A DNA stretch of 64,000 nt from Chlorokybus atmophyticus (taxonomy: Eukaryota; Plantae; Mesostigma and Chlorokybus algae). How positions within the stretch are numbered: the stretch's first letter is position 1; each line of letters starts with the position of its first letter. The notes below the pieces were generated by a model. The model saw only the letters and a list, made by a program, of their open reading frames with translations. It made no database searches and was not told the DNA's origin. The translations under genes and the position numbers were made by a program. Location of the stretch: contig RHPI01002823.1 of NCBI GenBank assembly GCA_009103225.1, forward strand, positions 62,634 through 126,633, given 5' to 3'. This document shows positions 49,024 to 62,799 of this stretch, piece after piece.

Positions 49024-50723
49024 ATGCGCGAGCCTCTCCTCGTCACTCGCAACCCTTCTTCCTCCAACACACACCCCAACAACAACAACTCCCAATCTTC
49101 TCAGCCCGGCAGCGGCGGTCCCGCTTCCCCTTCTGATCAATTGTCAAACGGGGGACTCAATAGCGGCGGGAGCAAAGGCGGGTTGTTGTTGGGGAAGAAA
49201 GGTGTTGAGAGAGGTGGGGGAGGAGGAGGGGGGAATGGAGGAAATCAGAGGCATCTCAGGACGCTGTTCGTGGCGTGTGTGCTGACGGCGTGCACGAGCT
49301 CGCAGGGACTACTCACAGCAGCGAGCAAAACGGTGAGTGCGTGCGCGTGCAACGTGTGTGTGTGCGTGTGTGTATATGTTTGTGTGCGTATCTTTGCGTG
49401 CCTTTGCGTCTGTGTTTTGCTCATGTCAAGTGTGAATGAGCGGTGCGGTGAGGTAACGGTTACAACTTCAGGGAAACGAGTACAAGTACAACTATGCAAC
49501 GGTGCCATTGCTGGCGGAGATCATCAAGTTCATTGCCTGCGCTGTCCTCCTCTCCCGGCAGGTACGTCCCGCTGGTTAGATGAGTCATACACATGCACAT
49601 GCCAGTGCACGCATCCCCCCACACGCACAAATCAACACACAACCTCACAGGTTGCGCGTGAGCCCGGCACGCAGATCACCTACGACTGGCGCAGCGTCCG
49701 CCTCTACCCCATCCCTTCCCTAATCTACCTTGTTCACAACAACGTCCAGTTCATGACTCTCCAATACGTCGACCCCTCCACTTACCAAATCCTCGGCAAC
49801 TTGAAAATAGTCACAACAGGGATACTCTTCCGTCTCATACTGAAGAGAAGACTCTCACGCGTGCAATGGATGGCATTATTACTACTCACTATTGGAGCCA
49901 CCACAAGTCAGATATCGAGCTCGCCGGGCAGGGCGTTGGCGGCGCCGTGGGAGGGATACGTGTTGGGTCTGGCGTCGGCGTGGTTGAGCGCGTTGGCGGG
50001 AGTATACACGGAGTACCTCATGAAGAGGAACGACGACACGCTGTACTGGCAGAACATGCAGCTGTACGGGTTCGGAGTCGTCTTCAACGCGCTGCGGCTC
50101 TGCTATGATGATATTCAGGTACACATGCATGTGTGGGGGCATGTGTGTGGGCATGTTGCTGTTGGTGTCGGTGTTGGTGTCGAGTGTGTGCGCATGCGGG
50201 CTCTCGCCTGTGCACGTGTGTCCAGGTGCATGCAGGTGCATGTGTTCACGCGTGTTTACGTGCAAGTATGTTTGCGTGTGGGTTTGCATGGGTGTGCATG
50301 CGTCTGTGCATGTGGGTGTGCATGTGGATTGACCTTACTTCTTACACGCAGGCTGGGTTCTCCAATGGTTTCTGGCTGACATCCATGTTCAACGGTTACG
50401 ACGTGTACACCTGGCTGGTTGTGCTCAACCTCTCCTTCACGGGTCTAGTCGTGTCGTGGGTGATGAAGTATGCCGACAACATCGTGAAGGTGTTTGCGAC
50501 ATCAATGGCGATGCTTCTCACAATGCTGCTGAGCGTGGCCTTCTTCGGTGTCGAGCCCACGCTTCAACTCTCACTCGGCATCATCATTGGAATTATGTCA
50601 CTCCAACTCTACTTCACGCCGCCCAAAGACCTCGTGTCCACGGAAGAACCATTGTGGTTGGGAAACCTCTCAGGACATGATAAGGTCCTACCCATCTCTG
50701 TAGCAGAGAAAGACCGCAAATAG
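49024..50723 (+). CDS. Nucleotide-sugar transporter, SLC35A / plant CMP-sialic-acid-transporter-like
   Basis: LTACTSSQGLLTAASK, NYATVPLLAEIIK, YPIPSLIYLVHNNVQF..DPSTYQILGNLKIVTTGILFRL, LSALAGVYTEYLMK, QNMQLY, VMKYADNIVKVFATS. Confidence 0.93.
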
Positions 50724-51091
50724 TAGTGGTGAAGTGGACATATGACTCGTGTTGGTGGTATTGTGTTGGGTTCTCTCTTCTCTGTGTGCGTGCGTGGCAG
50801 CATGTAACAGCAAAAATAGCCTGCACTGCATGTGTGATCCCCGATGTGGCAACAGCTGCCAAGGTAAAGAAGCACAATAAAATATGTGTATTCCTACACT
50901 CCATCTGCTGGTTGCAAATAAATACATAAGAAGGGGCAACGACTTTGACTATCCGGCTTCAAGCTTCCTGCACTGATGCGACCTCAAAACTGCCTACGAG
51001 TTGACCTACTATAACACTGCCAATGGGTGGTGGACCGCTCAACACTGTGACGCAACCCACAGCTGATTTGGCCACACCACTTGCGCTTTCT

Positions 51092-54000
51092 TCATTCGTG
51101 CATGTGGTTTTCCTGACCAGCAACATGGGACTTGGCTTGGGACATCGCGAGCTCATCTGGGAGTTCGAAGAGAGTGTCAATGAACAGCGGGTCCAAGTAG
51201 ACTTCCTGCTGCAACGGCCCGACTTGGATCAACCACTTGCTTCGTGTCAGCTGGCGAGCTCCATCGCGGGTTGCAACGGTAAAGAGTTCAGTAGTCAACT
51301 CGAATGTGAGTTTCAGAGAGCTACCCGGCAGTAGGTGCACGCGCTCGAAACCTTTCAGCTCGGAGTTGGCATGCTGGTCTCCTTCTTGGCTGTCGGTCCG
51401 TTTGACATACAACATGACGACGTCGTCACCGGGCCGCGTGCCCACATTGCTAACGAGGATTGAAATGGAGCGGGTTCTAAAAGGGTTTCTTGAACGCAAG
51501 TCGTCGGTGTCCATGATGACGAGGGGCAGCGCGTGGCCCTCGTCCTCTTCCCAAGTGTACTGGAATGTCGTGTAGCTCAGGCCGTGACCGAACGGGTACA
51601 CCGGCTTGTTCTGGTAGAAGCGATAAGTCCGCCCGGGATTGCCTCGCATGTTCATGTCAAACATGGAGACTTGGTCGACATACTCCGCGGGATACATCGT
51701 GAAAGGGAGCCGGCCTGCCGGGTTGTATGCACCGAACAGTATGTCTGCAAGTGCCTTTCCACCAGCTTGGCCAGGATACCCGACCCAAAGTATAGCACTG
51801 ACATTGTTTGAATGCTTGCTGGCAGAAACATCAATCTGTGACCACATGCGATGTGTTAGGGTAGAGCCAACAACAGACACAACACTCTGATGGTTGCGAC
51901 AACAAACGCACCGAACTGCCTGCCATAATGACCAGGATGACCACTCCTTTAGCCGCAGCGGCCACTTGGTCAATCAACTCATGCTGCACACCCGGCAAGC
52001 GGAGATGTGTCCGGTCCACCGTTTCCCTCTCCTGTACCAAAGTCAGTCGATTTACTTATGGCTGGTCACGGTTGGTCACTAAGGCCACGAGTCTACACGG
52101 TTGGTTTGCTTGTTACCTCGCTTTGGTCCAGACCCATGACCAGAACGGTGACATCCGTCTGAGCGGCGGCCTGGATAGCTGCTGCAAAGCCCTCTCGGTC
52201 TTGACTGTTGATGTCGCAGCCCTTCTCATACACTACCTTGGCGTACTCACGCAAGCCCAGCACAGGTGTCGTGAGGAATGGCGCCCTTCCGTAGTAGTTG
52301 CCTTGCATGGTGCCGCCATTGTCGGCATTTGGGCCAATGACGGCGATAGACCGGACCTGAACAGCACAGCGTTACAGACATTGCATACAGGCAAGGTGCA
52401 TGGCAACACACGTTGACAATACATACCTGCTGCTGGTCTAAGGGAAGGCTCTGATCCAAATTCTTCAGCAGCACAATGCCTTCATGCGCAACCTGCGCGC
52501 ATGGCAGTCAGAGCAACACCTACACACCACATATTCATAGCATCAACCTGGCCTTGCTTCTAGCCAAAACCCACAGCGAAATAACAGCAGCACCTGCAGC
52601 GCTAGCGCCTGGTGCTCTGGTGTATCAACTGCCTCCGAACCAAGCGCTCTGTAAGGTTGATGGGTGCGAGCGTCAAAAAGTCCGAGCCTGCATTCAAGAC
52701 TCAGCATGAGAATGATCAACCAGAATCTTCAACGCACAGGCTATGTAATGAGCAAGTGGCATGTGGGCTGGCCAGGTACCTGAAACGAGTTGCAAGCACG
52801 CGTGATAGTGCAGTGTCAACATCCCGCTCTTCAATGGTGTTATCACGCACAGCTTGCGCTGTATACCCCTGGAGGAAGTCTGCAGATGACAGTGTGTGTT
52901 GAGCCGGTGCATGCCAAGCTTAGAAAGCTTCAGCAACGGGAGTACACCAGCAACCTTACCGCCGCAGTCCAAGTCGCAACCACCGCGCAAAGTAACCGCA
53001 CAGGTGTCACTCTCAGACTTTGTGTAGTGGTGGGTGTCCTGTGAAGTGATTGAGATCACGCCAAGCAACGTACAAACAATATGTCTGTGCTACCATGCGC
53101 ATGAACACCAGCAAGGCATGCGCATTACCTGAATGCAGCGTACTGCACCGCAGTCAGAGACGACATAGCCCTGCCACAGAGTGTCATGCAGCGTAAGCAT
53201 CTGTTTGTGGATGTTTGTATTCTAGTAGTATGCCATCAACTCGCAATACCTGGAAACTCCAGTTGCCCCTTGCAAGGTCGTTTAGCAGCACATGATTGGC
53301 ACAGGCAGGTATGCCATTGACCGCGTTGTAGCTGCACATGATTGATGCAGCTCCACCACGGACGACACAAGCTTCGAAAGGCGGCAGGTAGGTTTCCAAC
53401 ATGTCTTGAGCAGTTACCTGCACAGCCACCCATGTGATCAGGCTGGCTGCACGTTGCTTACTGTATAGAACGACCAACCAACCTCTGCATTGAAATGGAA
53501 GCGGTCGACACCACCCCAGTCTTCAAGGTCGTATGCAGCAAAGTGCTTGCAAGTGGTTACTGTTTTCAGATATGGGCTATGGCCCTGTGGCAAAGACGGG
53601 TGTTCAAAACAAGCCAGAACAGCATAACAGCATTGCGTGCACCACGATTGAACTGAGCTGAACAGAACAGCTGGAATGCGCACCTGCATGGCGCGCACAA
53701 ATTGCTCAGCGTAAACACTTGCGAGGTGCGGGTCTTCTCCTGGCGTTTCCTACAGTATGGGTCAATCGGCAAAGATGTTGCGGGAAGTGCTGCAATGAAC
53801 GGACAATCCGCTGCTGTTTCAGTACGAAGCTTCCATATGAAGGAGGTGAGATGATTGTGACATACCTGTCCTCGTCCCCATCGCGGATCCCTGACAATGT
53901 TGATGTTTGGGGTAAAGTACGTCAAGCCAGCACGCCCGTCATTTGCTATAGCACGCGCTTCTGTTGATATGGCCTCTCCAACAGCAGCAAACAAACGCTT

Positions 54001-54852
54001 GTTGAATGTTGCCCCGAGCAAGATTGTCTGTCGGGAGGACAAATGATCTAGGCAGCGTACAAGCTGTCTGCACTGGCACTTGATACTGGGCATGGCAAGC
54101 AGTGACGACCAACCAAAGCTGCAAGTGCTTGTCCTTAAAGCTTCATGCTTCACAACGTGCACCACTGCCATCATAAGCACCCACCCCATCCCACAGCAGT
54201 TCCTAGCATGTGACTGTGTCTACTTGTAGGTAGGCTATTCAACTTGTTGGTCGTTGCACGTTGAACTGGTTTGTGCAGAACTGTGGACTGTTGTCGGCCG
54301 GTGCCAATGCAAATGTAATACATCTTGTGAGCGCTTTGCTATGCATGCATGACTTGTGTTGCATGCATGCTCACACCTGAGGGAATGACGTCGCGGCCGT
54401 GATGTTACCATTGAACGAGACGCCTGGGGAGTACGCCACTCCATGCAGAGACTCGCTCCAGTATTGGTACGCTGGCAGCCCGACGCTGCTGACAGCAGGC
54501 GCTAGCGTGCCCAATTGAGAGACCTGGAGACAAGCGTACTGTTCATGCATGCCAAGCATTGCTTCACTCGTCAACAAGCATGCTGGTTCAACGGTACCTT
54601 CTCCTCAAGTGACATGCGGGATAGCAGGTCTTGCACTCGCTTCTCGAGCGGCAGCTTGGTGTCGCAGAAGGGCATCTTGGCAATGCTCGGATCAGTGCAG
54701 CCCAGCTGAGCGCCGGGCGGCTTATCATCGTCAAACAGACTGCTGCCTGTCCACCTCCTCCAACGCAGCGAAGCCGGCGGAAGCAGCAGCACCAGCACCA
54801 TGAGGCAGGCTGCTGCGCCCGCCACAGCAAGCACCAGCCCAGAGTGCCGCAT
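51092..54852 (-). CDS. BXL: Beta-D-xylosidase / alpha-L-arabinofuranosidase (GH3)
   Basis: [141 protein letters not shown]. Confidence 0.95.
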
Positions 54853-55310
54853 TGTAGCGTCCTTGACAATGAAATGCACGACACAAAAAGCCCTCAGCCC
54901 CTGTCGCCGCTGACAACACCGCTCACGCCCACACCCATGCTCCCGCCTTTACTATACGGAACGTTTACAACGGAAGCGAACAGGCTTGAACACAAATTCT
55001 CGTTCCAACTCCCAAAAGCTTCCATGCATCTCAACCTAACAAACTGTAAAGCATGTAGCATGTAGCATGTAGCAGAGATGTAAACGTGGCATGTCGCCTG
55101 AAGTTCCAAGCAAGCAACTGTAAAAAGCAGCGTTCCAAACTTCCTCCAATTGCATGGCAGGACGCTTGGCCACTGCCGTATTTCATTCCGTTGTGCCTCA
55201 ATGCGTTGCGATGACACGTAAGCACGTGCAGTGCAGACAGTTTAGAAAGGCTTTCAACCGCTTGCTGGCTGGTAGCGGCAGCAGTGGCGGCGGCGGCGGC
55301 GGCGGAGGCC

Positions 55311-58300
55311 ATGGCGGCGATGGCGCCCAGGGGGGGCTGCTCGATGCTGCTGATAGTGGGAGCTGTGCTTGTGGTCGGTCTCGCTGCTCGCGGTGCGCTG
55401 GGAGCCAATCCCACGGCCAGCAGTTATTGGATGCCCAGCGACGTAGCGAACGGCCTGGAGTTCCACTGGACCCAGAACGGTGGCTACAACACCTTTATAT
55501 GCCGTCACCACATCAAGGTCTTACGCGTGTGCTTGACGTTTGTCTCGCTGTCTTAGAAATGTTATCTCTCTTCCACAGACGCAGTGAAGCTGTGCGTGAA
55601 CAGTGAAGCAGACTGTGCACCGTGCGCTGTGCTTTGGGTTCTGCTGTTTGGTTTGATGTGGTCTGTGTCGTCATTATTTTTTGCATCATTAATGCTGGTT
55701 CTGCTGCTACTGTGGTCGTGGTAGTGGCTGTTGTTGCTGTTGCTGTCGTGGTTGCTGCTGCTGTTGCTGTTCCTATCAGCATTCTTGTAATGTTGCTAAT
55801 GCTGATATAACGGTCGTCGTTGGTGCTGCTGTCGTGTTGCGTTGATGGTGCGTATTGATGGTGCATATCCGCGATCCCAGCTGCGCATTAACAGTCTAAT
55901 GTTTTCCTGTCTTTTCTTCCCGTGCAGGCACACGTCCAGGAAGGTACATGCACAACGCCCAAAGCGCAACCTCAACTACGCTGCTCATTGCTCAACAAAC
56001 GCAACCACCATCATGACAAATGCCTTTGTCTGCTGAATTGTGTAACACGAGGACTTGTCTCCAACACCACTGTTCATTAACAAACATCGTTCCTGACCAC
56101 AGATCTGGACCAGAACAACCACTTTGCTGCAGATCAACTTGTGCAGGTATGAGACGAATACAGCAGCAACAGTGCTAACAGGTCTGCTTCAGCGAGCGCT
56201 CGAGTGTTGAACATGTGCTTGTGCTGGCTCTGAGCAGACTGATCCCGCGTCCATCGCGGATACCCAACTGGACGCTTGGGGTTACGACTGGAGGCCGTGC
56301 GGCATGCATGTGGGCGGCGGTGTGTGGGTAAGGGAACTAGCAGTCATTGCACACTCTGCTTCCAATCGTCGCTCTTATATATCTTGTTGGCATTACCAAC
56401 AGTCTGAGACCATCCCAGCATCTGAGATGATCGATGGCTACCACACCTTCACGGTCAAGGGTTCGAACGATGGAGGAGTCACGTACCCGTACTGGTATAC
56501 TGTTTTTGAGCAATTATCGGGCTCGCAAAACCCCTACTCACACTTCAAGATCGGTGAGCAACACAGACATGTTTTTGTCGACACACTACCATTGGCAAGC
56601 AGTACACCGCATCCTGACTCAATGTGTTTGCAACAGATTCAAAATACCCGACATTAGCGCTTGACACCACCAATGCCGATGACATCTGGTACAGAGCCTA
56701 ATTGTGCACGTCAGATTCACTAGGAGCTTGTTCCCTTTCTACGCAATGGTTGACACTCTGCTGATAGGTATACAGACACGAATACTGGGGTGCAGCAGCT
56801 TCAAATGGTGTATTATGATGTGCACGGGACTACAACTAAGGTCAGCTGACGAGAAAAGGATAATGCATGTGCTGTGGTTATCACCTCAGTGTGGCAGCGT
56901 TAAGATTGGACGTCAATGTGCGATGCAGGTTGACGGCACAACTGCGCATCCCAATCCACCATACTCAAGTACCGTTAAAGTTGAAAACAAGCTGAACTGC
57001 CAAGCCAACGACGTCTGCGAGCTGGATTTCTGTCAGTGGTGGTGGTCTTGGGACCAAGATGTAGGTTGGTCCTCAGGAGGCTTCATTGGAGATGGCGGTT
57101 CAGTTTTCATTGACATTGCCAACACTTTTAGGCTGACTGACAATGTTCATCCTCAAAACTTTGAGACCGGATCACACACGCTACAGGTCAGTTGGGCCGC
57201 AAGGATGGTGTGCCCATGAGACATAGCTTGTGCCTGAGGGTGCCAACCAATCGTTGCGATGGTCTTCATGCAGGTGTCAATGTCAGACTTGGCAGGAAAT
57301 CGCAATCCCAACTTTGTCACGTGGACCTTTTACAAGTCACATACATCATCAACCGACGGCTGCACATACAACATTGCATTCAATGGCAGGCAAGTTACAT
57401 GCATGCCGTTGCGCAGTCCAACCATGTGTGCTGCACTCAACAACCCAGCCCACATCACCTCCCTCGATGCGCAGTGACTTTGTTCGTCTCGCTGGTGGTG
57501 TATCTGAAGTTGACTTCAGCGACATGACCTCTGATGAGTACGAGCTTGTCGTCCGTGCTGAGGACAGCTTCGGCAACACTGGGTACAACAACACCTTCGG
57601 TTGGATCGTTGGTAAGCGTGCCTACTGTTGCACATTCTATATGCAAGACAGCAAAGGATGTTGATGGCGGGACGAATTCATTTCATGCCTTTACTGCTGC
57701 AGACAATGAGTACACTGGAGCTCAATTCCTCGCCACCGAGAGGCCTGGAGCTGCTGCGACCTCCCTGCGCATCCAGTTTAAGTCCGACAACAGCGCGCGC
57801 GCGTTCAAGGTGGAGCACTCGTGGGTAGCCGGGTCCTTATACATCGCGTGTAATGTCAACGACGCTACGTGCACAGAGGTCAGTGTGAACAGTCGAATGG
57901 TGTGACTTGTGTCGTCGCTAGATTTGCACACCTCGTGGGGTGAAGATGTTGCCAACATGGTGCATGCCCTTCAGGAGGAGACCTTTGCTGCCGGCACCTT
58001 CCCTACCGGCAGCTACTGGTACTCTGTGGCAGCTGTGGATGCTGTCGGCAACATCAACCCGGACCCCATTGTGTACAAATGGACAGTGGACCCAATCGAC
58101 ACTGACGTCACCTCAGTTCTGTAAGTAGCTTCCTGCATACGCTGTCTGCTTTATCTGCATTGCGCATCTCATTGTGCAATGTTTATCAGCACGGCTGATG
58201 GTGTAATCATCACCCCGTTCGCCACGCGCGACTCTGCTGTGACCGAGTTTGTGTATGAGTGGAAGCTCGACAACACCAAGTGGAAGAAGGGCAAGGGCCC

Positions 58301-59274
58301 CAGCTTTACTGTGAAGGGGGTCAAAGACGGCCTCCATACAGTGATGGTAAGCTTGCTAGATTGGTGATACTGGAAGCGTCAAGCGCCACGTTACTTGGCT
58401 GAGTATTTGTTATTATTGTTATGTAGGTGCGTGCTGCTGGCTTGGACAACATGCTGTGGGACCCTACACCCAAGAACTGGACTTGGAGCGTTGACACGGT
58501 GGCGCCCGAAGTGACCATCACAAACTCACCTGGGTCTGTCACGGGATCAACCAACGCATTCTTTGAAATCACCGCCACAGAGAGTGGCCTCCAGGAGTAT
58601 CGCCTCGACAACGGGCCATACGTGCCTTTCTCATTCCTAAATGAGGTCAGCCTGCAGGACCTCACTGAGGGCCCGCACACCTTCACCGTGCGTGTGACCG
58701 ATGCCAATGGCAACATTGGCAAGCCTGAGGAGTACTCCTGGATCATCGACAACGGCGACCCGGACACCTTCGTGCTGTCCGGACCCTCCACGCCAACCTT
58801 TGACACTCAGTCGATGTTCTCCTTCGGCAGCACTGAATCCGGTGTATCGTATCAATACAAGGTCGACCAAGATGCGGAATGGACTGGTGAGACACACAGA
58901 CATGTCGCATGATGAGACGAGCTCTAGCATGTTGAGAGCAACACTGACTGTGTTCATGTTTTCCCCAGACATAGACGGCTCTACGCTCACAACTCGTCAA
59001 GTGGGACAGGGCCTGCACATGCTGCAGGTTCGCGCCATGGATGCCGCTGAGAACTTGGACCCCACCCCGGCTGTGTACAGGTACATGCTCAGGGCTGCTA
59101 GTTGTGTCACATGCACTTGGCTGTATCTTATCAATTGAGGCTAAGTTTGGATGGTCTGTGCTCTGCAGCTGGACGGTGTACAGCACGGCAGTGTGGGAAG
59201 ATTGCAAGGGCTGCCATGCTGAAGCGGAGGCGGAGACATTTGTCTTCCCTGCTGTGAGCTTTGCACAACTCTAG
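55311..59274 (+). CDS. Secreted protein with tandem bacterial-type Ig-like repeats
   Basis: Signal peptide; repeated units ending G.HT..VRA.D.AGN.DPTP..Y.WTVD (DPTPKNWTWSVDTVAPEVTI, GPHTFTVRVTDANGN..YSWIID, GLHMLQVRAMDAAENLDPTPAVY/SWTV); many short GT-AG introns. Confidence 0.8.
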
Positions 59275-62180
59275 CTGCCGACACGGCAGTTCTGTCATTA
59301 TTAGTTGCGAGGCGGCCAACACATCATAACTTGCCGTGTACAGGCCTCACTCCACATTAGGACTGAAGCACCCAACGAGTTCATTCAGTCTGTAACATTC
59401 ATTGCTTTCGTTTGCCACTTGGCTCTGCTAGTTGTTTGGCAACAAATGATGGTAGTTGCAAGTGTTTGTCTCGCCATTGCAGCTTTGCATGTGCAGAGCT
59501 GGAGCAATTCAACAGTTCAAATACTCTGGCTGTTGCTCACCGAGGCTATGTTCATCACTATTGTTTTGAGTGAAATACCTTTGAGCGCAGTAATCATCGA
59601 AAGGGTACGAGCTGGTGAACCATAGTAAGTCCAAACTCTTATTGATATTTTGCTACTCAGGCAAAAGACTGATGATATTGCAACACGAGCAGTAGCAAAC
59701 ATCTTAGCAGCACGAGCGTGCAATAAACAAGTGATTCTCCACAATGGTCACCTTTAGGCAATCCGTATTGGTGATATACCATGTGGCACAGCAGTGGACA
59801 TGATTCGGGTGTGTGAGCATGCTGTGTAGAAGCACTGCATTTTCTATGAAAGAGGGGGGGCGGGGGGGACTATGTTCAATATTTGCAATTTAGGCACATG
59901 ACGGATGCTGTAGCAACACGAGCAGAGTGAGTTAGATACAAATTTCTCATACTTATCACCTTGAGGCAATCTATAGCTGTGACATATCATGTGGCACATC
60001 AGAGGAGGTAGATGACATACCAGGGGAGAGGGAGGGGGGGGGGGCTGCATTCATATTCATTCAACCATCATGAGTATCTGCACCGACGACGGTGCAATTA
60101 ATCATTAAATGTACACAGATTATGAACGTGTAGTATGAATGTACATATGGCCGTATAACATATTTCGTTACACAACTATGCCTTGTCATACATGACATTA
60201 TATTGCGTATTGTAGGACCCATTTGAGAAGTTGGTTGTCATTATGCCGATTCACATGTAAATTGAGTCATTGGACCACAAATATGGGTATTTCATGTTGA
60301 TTTGTGTTAAGTAATTGTGATTCATATAATAATATAAGCAACATTAATAATATTATGTTATTGTTCGGTATATTATTCCTCGACATTGAATGGTATTCAA
60401 TAGATAATAGCTTATTACTTATGATGATGTTAATATAAGTTGTATAACATCATTGTGTAGCAGGCATGCGAACGATCATGATGAAAGTACACTACATGTG
60501 GATCAACCGTATGGTTACGGATGCTTCGTAAGCTACACTGCAACATGCTAAACAAAGATTGTGCTACCCACAAAGCGCGATCATCTTTAATACTCATTTT
60601 TACAATCTGCTCTGCACACCTATGTGCACAATATGCACATTATGCGGCACTTGGCGACACACAATCTACCCATCCATTATTTATGGGGGAATGCTATCAC
60701 TTAATGTGATTCCTTAATTATTTGAACTTTAATATGACCTAGTGATTGGTACGTGCGTTAAAGATCTCAGCTGTAGCTTATATCCAAAAAGCCATTGCAT
60801 TCTTGCTTTGCTCAAAGTCTCTAGCGAAACAATATCGTAATAAGACCATAGGCGCCAAAACCATAAACCTTTAACAATAAGGTCAAGGTGACTTCATGCA
60901 TAACTGGTAGAAACGATACTTACACAAATGGTCGAAAATAACACATCGATGTAACAAAAATAACATGTGGCATGCGCAAATCATGCCACATGTAAACAAC
61001 CATTACACATATGACAAAACGCCACACGTAAGATGACTGGTAGTGTTGCCCTTGGAGGGTGGGGTGGTGTACGTTGTACATGCGTATCCCGTAAGGGATG
61101 GTGTTAAAAACAAATTACCCCCCCCCCCCCCCCCCCCCCCCTCCCANGATTGCACCATATGGCTTTAAAGATCATTTCATACGTGTATATACGTGTATTT
61201 CTATAAACTTTACTGCACACTTGCTGCATGCGCGTTTTCTAAGGCCTTCCAATATCCACCGTCAAAATCATGCTTTTGCCTTGAATTTCATGCTATTGAT
61301 ATATTCTGCACCGCGTGCAACAAGTTGTAAATGACTGGTGGCGCGCGGTGCGCAATGGCCCTGAACTAAGGGCAAGGGCATTTTTACAGCAGTGGGGCAG
61401 TGCGAAATGGGAGAGTTACCACTAGTTTAACACCATTATGTGCACGTATCATTGCCATATGCAAGGACATCCTATAATGCATACCCGTATATAACGCATA
61501 CTTAAACTTGCAACTTGCATTGATTGCATATGCATACCATATGCGGGAACTATATATGAGGGGGGCGAAACAATTGGGGCCCGACCACTAGGCTATGGTA
61601 GTAGAAGTAGAACACTACCATGAGTGAGGTCTGTCACAATCTATCCCAATTTCTGACATTCCTCCCCAATTTAACCAATGAGTTCCTCATAATCCAATGG
61701 GGCACTAGCCCGCGTCGCCATATTCGCGACCGTACCACGATCGGTCTGCCAGCGGCCTGTTGGATCCGGCCCACAAACGGTCCTGACCGACCGAACGGCC
61801 GTCCTCACCGCGCGACTTGCTATCGCAGCGCGACCGCTCATGCGGCCTTAGGTTGAACTAGCTCGGCGCGCAGGTCGTGATCCCGCGCCCAGCCCAGGGA
61901 AAGCCGCCCCAAATGTTTTGCTTTTGCCTTGGATCTGCCTCAGTCCCCTGCGGGAACTAAACGAGACGTCAAGCTCCGTTACCATTGTAAGAACTTCTCA
62001 ATATGTTTTCCCTGCCGGCCGACTAAATATTGGCAACGGCCGTGCACCTGAGGACACTAATTTAGACTGCCGTGGCTCAGGCCACCTGTAATCTTGATAC
62101 AGGGACCTAATAGTAACTTCCGATACTATGAGGCCCTTTTTGTTAGAATTTAGTCTTTAACAGTTGACTATGCCTAACTA

Positions 62181-62440
62181 ACAGGCGCCTGTTAGTTACC
62201 TATCAGGCCTGAACAGGTGACTTTATATAATTAACAGGCACCTGTTAGTCACACACCAGGCCTTAACAAATGACTTTGTGTAATTTACAGGCAACTGTTA
62301 GTTACACATCAGGCCTTATTAGGTGACTACAACTAATCAACGGGCACCTGTAAGTTACACATCAGTCTTACTTAGGTGACTCAGCCTATGTGACACGCAC
62401 CAGTTCAGCGCAGGCGACTAAGCCTAAGTCACAAGCACCA
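62181..62440 (+). repeat. 53-bp subterminal tandem array of the second copy (four full units, one truncated, one partial)
   Basis: Same unit as 15941-16268. Confidence 0.88.
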
Positions 62441-62799
62441 ACTAGGTAATTATCAACAAAATAAGGCCTTCTTTAACAACTGAAGGTGACTAATGCCTAA
62501 CTGTCGTCATATGTATTTGCATAGCTTGACTACACGCGACTGTCACTGACTTCCAGCATTGTTATGTGCCTGTGCTGTGTACATGTACCTGAAATGTGTA
62601 CAGTGTCTCTCAGTCACTTGCCAAGGCTTGTAGTTCGATTATGTGACTCGAATGCAGTTCTGTTGTATATCATAGGGATGCAAGTATTGATGTGCATGAG
62701 CATAATGACGATTGACTGAGCTGGTTTAAGATGCTCATCACTCAGTCACAAGAGCCTTGTAGCTATGTACACTACCAGCTAAACGGACTACCAACTGCG

